Shown here one piece after another: positions 9,886 to 17,478 of a stretch of 64,000 nt of DNA. Under the pieces are notes generated by a model that was not told the DNA's origin, did no database searches, and saw only the letters and a program-made list of their open reading frames with translations. The translations under genes were made by a program, and so were the position numbers. This DNA comes from a virus: the IMG/VR virus record IMGVR_UViG_3300045988_183236, positions 35,677 to 99,676 of that record; one strand, given 5' to 3'. Numbering within the stretch: position 1 is the first letter of the stretch; each line of letters opens with the position of its first letter.

Positions 9886-10163
9886 TGGCAGCTAAAAAGA
9901 AGCTGCTCACTCCTCCGAAGAGGGTAAAAATCCTTCCCCAAGGTCATAAACGGTTTAATACAGCCACACCTGTCGGCTTTGCCTCAGCTTTACGTGATGT
10001 GTTGTCTTAGAGCGTGCAGTTAGGATTAACGCCACACGGTAACTATCTATTCGCTTATAACGGAGTGCTCGAAGCACTTATGGTAGTCAACATATCCTTA
10101 CGGACACTTCTAAAGTGCAGACTTGCCGAAGCAAGCCTGCGACTTTAGTCGTGGGTTATTGAC
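9886..10163 (-). ncRNA. IscB-type omega-RNA-like element, second copy without adjacent nuclease gene
   Basis: About 93% identical over 278 nt to the region immediately upstream of iscB (12017-12294); ends with the same CCCACGAC-UAAA-GUCGCGGG-type hairpin; contains a GCAGGCUUGC-UUCG-GCAAGUCUGC hairpin. Confidence 0.5.
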
Positions 10164-10177
10164 TTGTTTTTGGAGCG

Positions 10178-10429
10178 TCACCATTTATGGAACGGGTTCA
10201 GAAGTCCGGGACGGTATTCGTTATCGACATACATCTTGATGTCGTTATCGTCCAGGGCATCCAAAATGTTCATCCAGCATTCCGCTTCGACGTGCATCTC
10301 GCCGTCCATTTTCAAGGCCCTGTCGCACTGAACTAAGTCTGCGCGAAAAGAATTCACATAGAAGCAATCTTTTGCGGCAGCCGCGAACCTGGTAAAACTG
10401 TTCTTGGTATTTGTGGTCATAGTATTCAT
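10178..10429 (-). CDS. hypothetical protein
   Basis: Likely start MNTMTTN at 10429 (GAAAGGATG RBS); own promoter 10574-10601 and terminator 10470-10508 upstream. Confidence 0.4.
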   Translation of the reverse strand: MNTMTTNTKNSFTRFAAAAKDCFYVNSFRADLVQCDRALKMDGEMHVEAECWMNILDALDDNDIKMYVDNEYRPGLLNPFHKW

Positions 10430-10469
10430 CCTTTCTGAAATATTTTTGTTTCTAATCAATACATACAAA

Positions 10470-10508
10470 AAAAGAAGCAGGCCCTCAAAAGAGAGTCTGC
10501 TTACTTGT
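10470..10508 (-). terminator. rho-independent terminator
   Basis: RC: AAGCAGACUCUCUUUUGAGGGCCUGCUU followed by CUUUUUUUG. Confidence 0.55.
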
Positions 10509-10573
10509 GCATGACAGATTGTTAATTTAATGTTCAATTAGGAGGTAAGTGATGGTATCTGTTATGCAATTAT

Positions 10574-10601
10574 TATTTTAGGCGGTTCGCACATTTGTGC
10601 A
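10574..10601 (-). promoter_or_regulatory. TGTGCGAAC-class promoter
   Basis: RC TTGCAC-aaa-TGTGCGAAC-cgcc-TAAAAT. Confidence 0.5.
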
Positions 10602-10712
10602 AGTGGCTTTTTTAGCTTCGTTTGTTTTTTGGCATCGCGTTGGTCCAGCCCTTAGATTTGTGTTTTTCAGGGGCATCATCAATCATGGCAAGGATACCCG
10701 CGACTTCAGTCG
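10597..10712 (-). pseudogene. 3' fragment of gene disrupted by IscB element (paralog of 45355-46242 family)
   Basis: Minus-frame translation ...AGILAMIDDAPEKHKSKGWTNAMPKNKRS* resembles ...FGIVLVGPAKGSHDDFTFLTLPAWAKEN of the 295-aa paralog. Confidence 0.4.
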
Positions 10713-10729
10713 TGGGAGGATTTGCCCAT

Positions 10730-11992
10730 TCACTTCCTTTCGATTAAATAGTTTGTTGCAGGCTCTAATAGTCGCAGTTTTTTAAATGAAATGCTATTCG
10801 TAATGGTTGTACCATCGAATTTTCTTAAAGCGAAATATCCCGATGACCTGCGTCCTGAAATAAAACATTCCTGCTCGTTATAGAGCACCTTGTCCCAGAG
10901 GCGAAATCCTTTAACGATATAGGGCGCTTGATTTGCTTTTCGAATTCCACCTTTCAAGATTTTCGCTTTATGGATTTGCCGATTGTGGTGTCGAATTGCC
11001 TTCGTGCGGTAACAAACACTGCAAGGTTTAGCTAGTGGATGCTTGCTAATACAACGGGCATCGTTAACATGGCTTTTCTTGATGTCGTTTTGTTCACGTA
11101 ACAACTTGGTTATATAGCCATATGTGTTTTGTACTGGAATATTAAGTTCGTTGCGTAGGCGTGTCAGTAGTGTGTTACGCATGATACCCATAAAAGCCGC
11201 ATCGCGAAGCGTTTTACCACGTTTTTTGCCGTCAAGTGTTATCTTCCCTTTATGGAGGTTGTTGTGGCAAGTGGTACACAAAGTGATAAGGTTGCTTGGT
11301 GCATTACCGCCCACCTTACGGCTTTCAAAGTGATGTACATGCAGCTTGACGGTTTTCTTTGCGGTGGTATGAGCACCACAGCATTGGCATGTATAGTTAT
11401 CACGCTTCAAAACATACTGGCGAACATTGTATTCGTCGTACATCTCACCGAGTTGGTAGTCGGTTCCTACCGGCAGAGGCTTTCCGGCAAGCATTGCTTT
11501 TAAGCGTTGCGTGTCAAACTCTGCAGTTTCTACTCTTACAAGAGTGATAGGCAAAATTCGACAGATGCGCTTGATAACAGTAATGTGCTCTTGGATTTTT
11601 ACTTCTACCGAAGGTGCAAGCCAACCCTTATGTTTGCTGTGTACACGGTTATTGAATCTTGGCGCACGGTAACGAGTTTTGCGATTTCGCCTTGAACGGC
11701 GGTTCTGTCTGCGCGTAGATAGCAATTCTACTACATCGTTGCGAGGAGTGAACTCCTCACTGTAGAGTTCGCGCTTCTCTGTAGATGCAGACAAGCCAAC
11801 ATGCTTGCTGCCCGCATCTACACCAAGAGTGATAGGCTGTTTGTATCCCGCACTTCCATGCAGGAGTTTGATGGTGAACGGCGTGCGTTTTACAACGCAA
11901 GCTTTTTGCTGTTTCAACAAGATGCGAGCCTTTCCGGGTGAGCAAGGCATCAAGGGCTCGCCGCGCTTGTTAAGTACATACGCATATTGCAT
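10730..11992 (-). CDS. iscB: IscB RNA-guided endonuclease (PLMP, RuvC-I, HNH, RuvC-III)
   Basis: N-terminal ...RGEPLMPCSPGKARILL (PLMP domain), LGVDAGSKHVG (RuvC-I), CQCCGAHTTAKKTVKLHVHHFESRKVGGNAPSNLITLCTTCHNNLH (HNH), HVNDARCISK (RuvC-III); 420 aa. Confidence 0.8.
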   Translation of the reverse strand: MQYAYVLNKRGEPLMPCSPGKARILLKQQKACVVKRTPFTIKLLHGSAGYKQPITLGVDAGSKHVGLSASTEKRELYSEEFTPRNDVVELLSTRRQNRRSRRNRKTRYRAPRFNNRVHSKHKGWLAPSVEVKIQEHITVIKRICRILPITLVRVETAEFDTQRLKAMLAGKPLPVGTDYQLGEMYDEYNVRQYVLKRDNYTCQCCGAHTTAKKTVKLHVHHFESRKVGGNAPSNLITLCTTCHNNLHKGKITLDGKKRGKTLRDAAFMGIMRNTLLTRLRNELNIPVQNTYGYITKLLREQNDIKKSHVNDARCISKHPLAKPCSVCYRTKAIRHHNRQIHKAKILKGGIRKANQAPYIVKGFRLWDKVLYNEQECFISGRRSSGYFALRKFDGTTITNSISFKKLRLLEPATNYLIERK

Positions 11993-12294
11993 GATGCTAT
12001 GCTCCTTTCGATAAAATTGCAGCTAAAAGGAAGCTGCTCACTCCTCCGAAGAGGGTAAAAATCCTTCCCCAAGGTCATAAGCGGTTTGATACAACCACAC
12101 CTGTCGGCTTTGCCTCAGCTTTACGTGATGTGTTGTCTTAGAGCGTGCAGTTAGGATTAACGCCGCACGGTAACTATCTATTCGCTTATAACGGAGTGCT
12201 CGAAGCACTTAGGGTAGTCAACATATCCTTTCGGACACTTCTAAAGCGTAGACTCGCTGATGCAAGCCCGCGACTTTAGTCGTGGGTTATTGAC
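11993..12294 (-). ncRNA. omega-RNA scaffold of the IscB element
   Basis: Non-coding ~300 nt immediately 5' of iscB start on same strand, the IscB-specific arrangement; conserved copy at 9886-10163; guide would be RC of the flank beyond 12295. Confidence 0.55.
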
Positions 12295-12295
12295 G

Positions 12296-12636
12296 ACAAA
12301 ATCCCTATATGGCAGCCGCATCATAATATCGGAATAAATCGGTGCGTCCTCAGTCTCTGCCAATGTTCTGAGAAATTCCGAAGCGAAATTGTACACGGTT
12401 TTTGCTGCACGCCAATAGTTTGCGACGTATGCCATCGAAAATTGTGCGGCAAGTTCCCCATCTATCGCATCGGCGGCAATCTGACCGTTTTGGATAAGGC
12501 GGTGCCCAAGCGGAATAAATTCTTTCACATAATAGTCATAGCCCTTATCCAGCAGCTTGTTGGCCCCAGAATTCAAAAGAAACTGACTGCTCTGCTCGGC
12601 ATACCAAAGAGCGCTGTTCACAATTATATTGTCCAC
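12296..12636 (-). pseudogene. 5' portion of gene disrupted by IscB element insertion
   Basis: ORF 12241-12636 N-terminal 113 aa homologous to residues ~60-115 of the 45355-46242 protein (AKTVYNF..LPYRDF vs TKTVYDF..LPIRDF); last 18 codons are IS-derived. Confidence 0.55.
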
Positions 12637-12645
12637 AATGATACC

Positions 12646-12873
12646 TCACTGCCAATACAGTTTTATTGTTCCGTCAGCAAAAAGAATCTGGCTGTACTCC
12701 TCGCCGTCAAGGACAATGCAGCGGTCCTCTCCGTGCTTGTGAGCGCCGGTACAATACACAGTTTTATTATCGATAGCCGGAATGGACGGTGCTTTTGCCA
12801 AAACCGACTGACCGTGCATGGCGCAGATGTCTAAGAAAGAAATGATGTGGTCGCCCACCCTGGAAGCCTCCAA
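12646..12873 (-). CDS. hypothetical protein
   Basis: 75 aa ORF. Confidence 0.4.
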   Translation of the reverse strand: MEASRVGDHIISFLDICAMHGQSVLAKAPSIPAIDNKTVYCTGAHKHGEDRCIVLDGEEYSQILFADGTIKLYWQ

Positions 12874-12878
12874 TCTAA

Positions 12879-13550
12879 TTACAGTGCTCTAATTTGGAAA
12901 GAACCTTCAGCACGCGGCAATGGCTCGTCTGTGACTTTCAGAACGGAGCTATCTCGTTTCTCTGTCGCATATCGAATGGTTTTAAGAATCTCGTATGCCA
13001 GCTTGCTGTTGTAGGCAAGTCCTGAATTTGAAATACCAAAGTTCCCATTCCAACCAAGCCTTATCTTTTTGAGCTGTGGAATCAGAAGGTCACGGGCTTC
13101 GAGGACCCCCACCCCATTCCAGCGTGCATCATGGTACGCTTGAAGGTGCTGCTCATCGTTACCAGAAATATCAAGTGCTTCATAGATGACGCCAAATTGA
13201 CCCATCAAAACACGAGAGTATGTATCCAGCGCATCGGCAACGGCTTTCCAGGAAGAGACATCTAAGCTAACACTGTATTTATATGGAGCGTCCTTTCCCG
13301 GCAGTTCCCGTGCATGATGCAGTATATCTTCCAGAATGTCGCTGCACTTGTTAGATAAACTTTTGACAGGTGCCGTTACGTTTACAGCTGTCAGAGCAGC
13401 GCAAGCACTTGCAATGTCTGCTTCGCTTGCTCCATAAGCCTCTCCAACCTCTTTGCAGATAGAGGAAAAATCGTTGCTATAAAACGTTATCATGATGGCA
13501 AGAGCGTGCAGGATGAAAGAGTACTGCTTGCTCGTGAAATCAATGTACAT
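12879..13550 (-). CDS. hypothetical protein
   Basis: 223 aa ORF; promoter motif 13583-13610 upstream. Confidence 0.5.
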   Translation of the reverse strand: MYIDFTSKQYSFILHALAIMITFYSNDFSSICKEVGEAYGASEADIASACAALTAVNVTAPVKSLSNKCSDILEDILHHARELPGKDAPYKYSVSLDVSSWKAVADALDTYSRVLMGQFGVIYEALDISGNDEQHLQAYHDARWNGVGVLEARDLLIPQLKKIRLGWNGNFGISNSGLAYNSKLAYEILKTIRYATEKRDSSVLKVTDEPLPRAEGSFQIRAL

Positions 13551-13582
13551 ACGGCAAAAATCCTTTCATTTTCTACACTTTA

Positions 13583-13610
13583 ATTATACCGCGATTCGCA
13601 ATTTCTCACA
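13583..13610 (-). promoter_or_regulatory. TTGCGAAT-class promoter
   Basis: RC TTGTGA-gaaa-TTGCGAAT-cgcg-GTATAAT. Confidence 0.45.
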
Positions 13611-13839
13611 ACGGAAAGCGTTAAATGGTAACAGTTTATACACATTCTTTTGCAATTGACATTCTCCCCCGCCTAAGCCCAACGGCTATAGACGGGGTAC
13701 TCTGCCTTCAAATTTCATAGATGAATCAGTGGCAAATGAAGGCACTTTTGCTTTCTGGACAATTTTGTTGCTTTGCTGTATGATTAAAGTACAACAATTA
13801 GGGCAATACAAAAATCGATAACGACGAGGTACTGATAAG

Positions 13840-14211
13840 ATGGACGCGACAATGCAGACGGTTCTCCGGCTCCATGAGCAAGGTATACCTAGAAGAACCA
13901 TTGCCAAACGTGCAGGCATCTCATTGCAGAAAGTGCGCAAAATACTGATTACAGCCGGGGCATGGTCAGATGAAACATCAGAAAAAATCGGGAAGCTGCG
14001 TGCGAACGGTATGTCAGTTCCTGAAATCGCAGAAGAATTGGGTGTAAAAACCAATACTGTTTGGAGCTATTTGCCATACAGCAAAGGCATGTATAATCAA
14101 GAATATCCGACCATTAACGCCATTCGAGTCCGAAATTCGAAGCGAAAAGCAAAAGAAAAAGCCCTCACCTGCACGGATACCGCACAGAATGAGGGCAGTG
14201 GCGCTTGCTGA
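13840..14211 (+). CDS. tandem-HTH DNA-binding protein (two resolvase/sigma-r4-like HTH units)
   Basis: IPRRTIAKRAGISLQKVRKIL and MSVPEIAEELGVKTNTVWSYL repeats; same repeat family as 23696-25827 and 47511-48050. Confidence 0.55.
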   Translation: MDATMQTVLRLHEQGIPRRTIAKRAGISLQKVRKILITAGAWSDETSEKIGKLRANGMSVPEIAEELGVKTNTVWSYLPYSKGMYNQEYPTINAIRVRNSKRKAKEKALTCTDTAQNEGSGAC

Positions 14212-14286
14212 AGGATTCGAACCTTCGGACAGTCTCCCATCGTCGGTTTTCTGGACCGATTTCATCAACCACTCGAACAAGCAAGC
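14199..14286 (-). tRNA. tRNA, Ser-type (long variable arm) with non-canonical anticodon loop CCAGAAA (C33; anticodon AGA?)
   Basis: RC gives GCTTGCT acceptor / AGCAAGC-G-CCA, T-arm GAAGG-TTCGAAT-CCTTC, anticodon arm TCGGT-CCAGAAA-ACCGA; 88 nt. Confidence 0.55.
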
Positions 14287-14289
14287 AGA

Positions 14290-14379
14290 TGGCGCAGAGG
14301 GTGAGATTCGAACTCACATGCCGCGATTTCCGCGACGGCAGCTTAGCAAGCTGCTGCCCTACCGTTAGGCGACCTCTGC
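14290..14379 (-). tRNA. tRNA-Ser(GCT)
   Basis: GCAGAGG...GCAGC-TTGCTAA-GCTGC...long variable arm...GTGAG-TTCGAAT-CTCAC-CCTCTGC-G-CCA; 90 nt. Confidence 0.7.
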
Positions 14380-14410
14380 ATAATGCACCTTTTTGACATA
14401 GGTGCTTGTA

Positions 14411-14484
14411 TGACCCCTGGCAGACTCGAACTGCCGACTCCACATTGAGAGTGTGGTGACTTAGGCCAACTTGTCGAAGGGGCC
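14411..14484 (-). tRNA. tRNA-Glu(CTC) (CCA not encoded)
   Basis: Acceptor GGCCCCT/AGGGGTC, anticodon arm CCACA-CTCTCAA-TGTGG, T-arm GGCAG-TTCGAGT-CTGCC. Confidence 0.55.
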
Positions 14485-14487
14485 TTA

Positions 14488-14574
14488 TGGTGTGCCGGGC
14501 TGGATTCGAACCAGCGAACCGAAACGGAGCGGTTTTACAGACCGCCTGCTTTAACCTCTTGCATACCGACACAT
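14488..14574 (-). tRNA. tRNA-Tyr(GTA)
   Basis: GTGTCGG acceptor, GCGGT-CTGTAAA-ACCGC, long variable arm, TTCGAAT T-loop, CCA. Confidence 0.7.
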
Positions 14575-14575
14575 A

Positions 14576-14651
14576 TGGTGCTCCCGGCTGGAATCGAACC
14601 AGCGACACGCGGTTCTTCAGACCGCTGCTCTACCAACTGAGCTACAGAAGC
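14576..14651 (-). tRNA. tRNA-Phe(GAA)
   Basis: TAGCTCAGTTGGTAGAGC D-arm, GCGGT-CTGAAGA-ACCGC, TTCGATT T-loop, CCA. Confidence 0.7.
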
Positions 14652-14652
14652 A

Positions 14653-14732
14653 TGGTGACCCGTGTGGGTTTCGAACCCACAATAACCTCCGCCTTGAAAG
14701 GGCGGCAACTCTACCAATTCGTCCAACGGGCC
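14653..14732 (-). tRNA. tRNA-Glu(TTC) (80 nt, long D/variable region)
   Basis: GGCCCGT acceptor, CCGCC-CTTTCAA-GGCGG, GTGGG-TTCGAAA-CCCAC, CCA. Confidence 0.55.
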
Positions 14733-14761
14733 ATATATAGCCGCAATCCTGCGGCGAGGGT

Positions 14762-14983
14762 TTATGCGATGACAAGGATGTCATCTATCTTGGTATCCAG
14801 CATTGCTGCTAATATCACAAGGTTATCGATGGTGGGAAGCGCTGTTCCGGCTTGCCATTTAGCAACCGCCTGCGGAGACACACCGAGCATGTCTGCCACA
14901 TCCTTCACCTTGATGCCTGCTGCCTTTCGCAGGGCCTTGATATTGGCACCTGTCTGCTGGATATCAATAGTAGGAACGTTCAT
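14762..14983 (-). CDS. XRE-family HTH transcriptional regulator
   Basis: ALRKAAGIKVKDVADMLGVSPQAVAKWQAGTALPTIDNLVILAAML = Cro/C1-type HTH; embedded in tRNA array. Confidence 0.65.
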   Translation of the reverse strand: MNVPTIDIQQTGANIKALRKAAGIKVKDVADMLGVSPQAVAKWQAGTALPTIDNLVILAAMLDTKIDDILVIA

Positions 14984-15240
14984 TTTTCTTGCTGCCTTTC
15001 TGTATTGCAGGCAACAAAAAAGCTGCCTGCCGAAATCTCGACAAGCAGCTATGACATGCAGTTATCGCTTAGAAGACGCACCGCATCTGTACATGGTCTG
15101 TTTTTGCCTGTCGAGGAGTATGAGAAATAAAACTGCGTTCAAAGGACATGAACTCAGAATATTCGTAACTATACTCATACGGCATGACATTAACAGTGTT
15201 GCACAGCATTTTGGGGTATCTCCTTTCGTTTCGTTCTGAT

Positions 15241-15272
15241 ATTATTATACCATGTTTTCGCAAGTTCGCAAT
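15241..15272 (-). promoter_or_regulatory. promoter, TGCGAA-class variant (TTGCGA-N16-TATAAT)
   Basis: RC ...TTGCGAACTTGCGAAAACATGGTATAAT upstream of XRE gene. Confidence 0.35.
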
Positions 15273-15316
15273 CAACTTGTGGTTTAGTTTTTTGGTCTGT
15301 ATACTCTCCAAAACAA

Positions 15317-15350
15317 AAAGCCGCCTCTTATGTGAGGACGGCTTTTCTTA
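15317..15350. terminator. bidirectional rho-independent terminator at end of tRNA block
   Basis: AGCCGCCTC-TTATGT-GAGGACGGCT flanked by A-run and T-run. Confidence 0.55.
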
Positions 15351-15353
15351 TTG

Positions 15354-15429
15354 TGGCAGGGGTAACACGACTCGAACATGCAACAAGCGGTTTTGGAGAC
15401 CGCTGCTCTACCACTTGAGCTACACCCCT
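15354..15429 (-). tRNA. tRNA-Trp(CCA)
   Basis: AGGGGTG-TA-GCTCAAGTGGTAGAGC-A-GCGGT-CTCCAAA-ACCGC...TTCGAGT...G-CCA. Confidence 0.7.
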
Positions 15430-15437
15430 ATATAGAT

Positions 15438-15511
15438 ACTCCAGCTGGGAGTCGAACCCAGAGTAAAACGGGACTTAAAGCCGCCGCGTTTGCCAGTTTC
15501 GCCACTGGAGC
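15438..15511 (-). tRNA. aberrant tRNA-like gene / pseudo-tRNA (good acceptor and T-arm, no canonical anticodon stem; loop region contains UUUAAG)
   Basis: GCTCCAG...CTGGG-TTCGACT-CCCAG-CTGGAGT-A; anticodon region GGCGGCTTTAAGTCCCG cannot form 5-bp stem with 7-nt loop. Confidence 0.4.
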
Positions 15512-15514
15512 ATA

Positions 15515-15590
15515 TGGCGGGTTGTACAGGGTTTGAACCTGCGGCCCACGGATTAACGGTCCGTTGCTCTACCAGCTGAGCTAACAACCC
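15515..15590 (-). tRNA. tRNA-Asn(GTT) with C33 (loop CCGTTAA)
   Basis: GGGTTGT-TA-GCTCAGCTGGTAGAGC-A-ACGGA-CCGTTAA-TCCGT...GCAGG-TTCAAAC-CCTGT...G-CCA. Confidence 0.65.
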
Positions 15591-15619
15591 ATAAATGGCA
15601 GTTGTTGTACTGCCGGACA

Positions 15620-15697
15620 TGGTACTCCCCGAGGGATTCGAACCCTCAAAACGGTGCGGTTTGAGCGCACTGTGTCTGCCAATTTCACCAGAGGAGC
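15620..15697 (-). tRNA. tRNA-Leu(CAA) with Leu-type D-arm but short variable arm (78 nt)
   Basis: GCTCCTC-TG-GTGAAATTGGCAGACAC-A-GTGCG-CTCAAAC-CGCAC-CGTTTT-GAGGG-TTCGAAT-CCCTC-GGGGAGT-A-CCA. Confidence 0.55.
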
Positions 15698-15700
15698 TTA

Positions 15701-15776
15701 TGGCGGGCGTAGCAGGATTTGAACCTGCGACAAACGGATTAACGGTCCGCCGCTCTGCCTACTGAGCTATACACCC
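15701..15776 (-). tRNA. tRNA-Asn(GTT) with C33 (loop CCGTTAA), second copy
   Basis: GGGTGTA-TA-GCTCAGTAGGCAGAGC-G-GCGGA-CCGTTAA-TCCGT...TTCAAAT...G-CCA. Confidence 0.65.
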
Positions 15777-15807
15777 ACAAAAGTGGCAGATAATGCTCTG
15801 CCGGGCA

Positions 15808-15883
15808 TGGTGCGCTCGCGGGAAATCGAATCCCGAACACCCCGATTAAAAGTCGGGTACTCTACCGATTGAGTTACGAGCAC
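15808..15883 (-). tRNA. tRNA-Lys(TTT)
   Basis: GTGCTCG-TA-ACTCAATCGGTAGAGT-A-CCCGA-CTTTTAA-TCGGG...TTCGATT...A-CCA. Confidence 0.7.
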
Positions 15884-15963
15884 TTGTCGCGCATCTTCCG
15901 TGCCTTGCTTATGGGAACACAGCTTCGAAGAATCTCACTTCCGATGCGCATGAAAGTGAGCGT

Positions 15964-16037
15964 TGGCCGAGAATGGTCGAGTCGAACAACCGTTGTCAGG
16001 GTCAAAGCCTGATGCCTTACCGTTTGGCGAATCCTCG
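15964..16037 (-). tRNA. tRNA-Gln(TTG)
   Basis: CGAGGAT acceptor/ATTCTCG-G-CCA, TCAGG-CTTTGAC-CCTGA, GGTTG-TTCGACT-CGACC. Confidence 0.6.
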
Positions 16038-16430
16038 AATATACATTATGTATAATAGCATACACTTTAATAAGCCTGGCTGGAATTCACTCCAGCGGCA
16101 TTAGAGTGACCTGATTCTGATTTTCTGCATCAAAAAAGCACCCATCAGGCGTTGTGCGTCTGACAGGTGCTCATATCGTGCAGAGTATGGAAAACAACCG
16201 ATACTTGGATGATTTTATTCAACCATCACTGCACTATGATTTGCACAAACAGACAACACAAAACAGCCGAAGAGATTCCAATTGCTCCACAGCTTTTGCA
16301 ATTTATTCTGTTTGTTCATCATAGCAGCAAACATCGTGCAATTTTCCTTTCATCAAATTCAGTGTCTATATTATACAATGTGTAAAATACAAAGTCAAGG
16401 CTTTTCATAAAAATAATAGCAGGCCCACGC

Positions 16431-17180
16431 TTATTGTTTGTCTGGCTTCCAAGCCACAATCCGCACTATCACATTCGAGAGCAGTACGTCCTCATACGAG
16501 CACAGTACGCCTAAAGCGTTAGCCATTCTGGACTCGTAGTCAGCCAAAGCCAGGTCGATGGGCGCGTTAATTTCAGCAGAACCATCCGTTGTTCCCAGAA
16601 CGGGAGGCCTCGTGCTTTTCCTTTTGACGCTCCAGTTGTTTGCCAGCAAGTAGTCGTACAGTGCATACGGATTAACTGCGCTTATACCTTCTCTCGATGA
16701 CAGTATCGTATATGCCCGCTTGTATTTTCTGGTTCTTTCCAAGTCTCTTTTAGTTGGAGTGTGAGGGAGCCTGGTTAAGTCCATGTTGCTGCGCAGGTCC
16801 GAGAGCTTCACTTTGACAGCAATCGAATTTTGCTGAATATACCAAAGATATTCAGCATACGATATACCCTTGCTATGGGTCAACGCACTCACAGCGTCAG
16901 CAACCTCTTTTGGAAACCCCGTTCTGATGTCTTCTATTGTGACGGACGTATCTTCGACCGTATCATGCAGAAATGCCACAGCCTCGGCTATTGGGTCACC
17001 TTTTACGCCTTCTGCTACAACCGTAACGTGCGCTTTGAAGTAGTCCTGCCCAGCCTTGTCTTTTTGCCCGGCATGAGCCTTAACAGCCCAAGCTCTGGCT
17101 TTGGCAACCATCTCAATGTCAGACTGCTTCCACTCTAAAGGAATCGTAATGTTCACTTGTACGCTTGATTTTTTTGCCAA
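16431..17180 (-). CDS. RelA/SpoT-type HD-domain hydrolase (small alarmone hydrolase-like, (p)ppGpp pyrophosphohydrolase family)
   Basis: N-terminal AHAGQKDKAGQDYFKAHV and AVAFLHDTVEDT motifs = RelA/SpoT HD hydrolase signature; 249 aa, no synthetase domain. Confidence 0.7.
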   Translation of the reverse strand: MAKKSSVQVNITIPLEWKQSDIEMVAKARAWAVKAHAGQKDKAGQDYFKAHVTVVAEGVKGDPIAEAVAFLHDTVEDTSVTIEDIRTGFPKEVADAVSALTHSKGISYAEYLWYIQQNSIAVKVKLSDLRSNMDLTRLPHTPTKRDLERTRKYKRAYTILSSREGISAVNPYALYDYLLANNWSVKRKSTRPPVLGTTDGSAEINAPIDLALADYESRMANALGVLCSYEDVLLSNVIVRIVAWKPDKQ

Positions 17181-17359
17181 CTATATCACCTCATACATAT
17201 ATTATGTATGTATTCTGTGCCGTCAGTCAAACTGCTCAACGAATATTTTACAAAAAATCAAAAAGAGCCATTCATCCCACAGGCAAGCCTGCAGGTTTTC
17301 TGGCTCTCAATTATAACCCTATTCGATATAGCAATCTGTTGCCTTGTATTGCTCACAAA

Positions 17360-17386
17360 AACAAAAAAGCCGGGAAGTCCCGGCAA
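17360..17386 (-). terminator. rho-independent terminator after tRNA-Ser(TGA)
   Basis: RC GCCGGGACUUCCCGGC + UUUUUUGUUUUUG. Confidence 0.55.
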
Positions 17387-17389
17387 ACA

Positions 17390-17478
17390 TGGCGGCCAGA
17401 GTGGGATTCGAACCCACGGACGTTTGCGGCGTCGCTGGTTTTCAAGACCAGTTCCTTAAACCACTCGGACATCTGACC
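17390..17478 (-). tRNA. tRNA-Ser(TGA)
   Basis: GGTCAGA...CTGGT-CTTGAAA-ACCAG, long variable arm, GTGGG-TTCGAAT-CCCAC, G-CCA; 89 nt. Confidence 0.7.

Larger units (their letters stand above)
10690..12295 (-). mobile_element. IS200/IS605-family IscB (OMEGA) element lacking tnpA, inserted in a coding sequence
   Basis: iscB ORF plus upstream omega-RNA; related hairpins cccgcgacttcagtcgtggg (10690-10709) and cccgcgactttagtcgtggg (12269-12288) near the two ends; host ORF homology resumes on both sides. Confidence 0.6.

Noticed and set aside
9723-10010. 95-aa plus-strand ORF
   Set aside because: Lies across the conserved omega-RNA copy (9886-10163); sequence conservation there is at nucleotide, not codon, level.
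14487-15239. 250-aa plus-strand ORF
   Set aside because: Runs straight through four minus-strand tRNA genes and the XRE regulator gene; artefact of GC-rich tRNA sequence.
15438-15511. Ochre-suppressor tRNA (anticodon UUA) idea
   Set aside because: No anticodon stem can be formed and ORFs in the window terminate normally with TAA, so no evidence for recoding.
15890-15950. Extra tRNA between tRNA-Lys and tRNA-Gln
   Set aside because: GCGCATC...GATGCGC stem encloses only 45 nt, too short for a tRNA; likely a simple hairpin.
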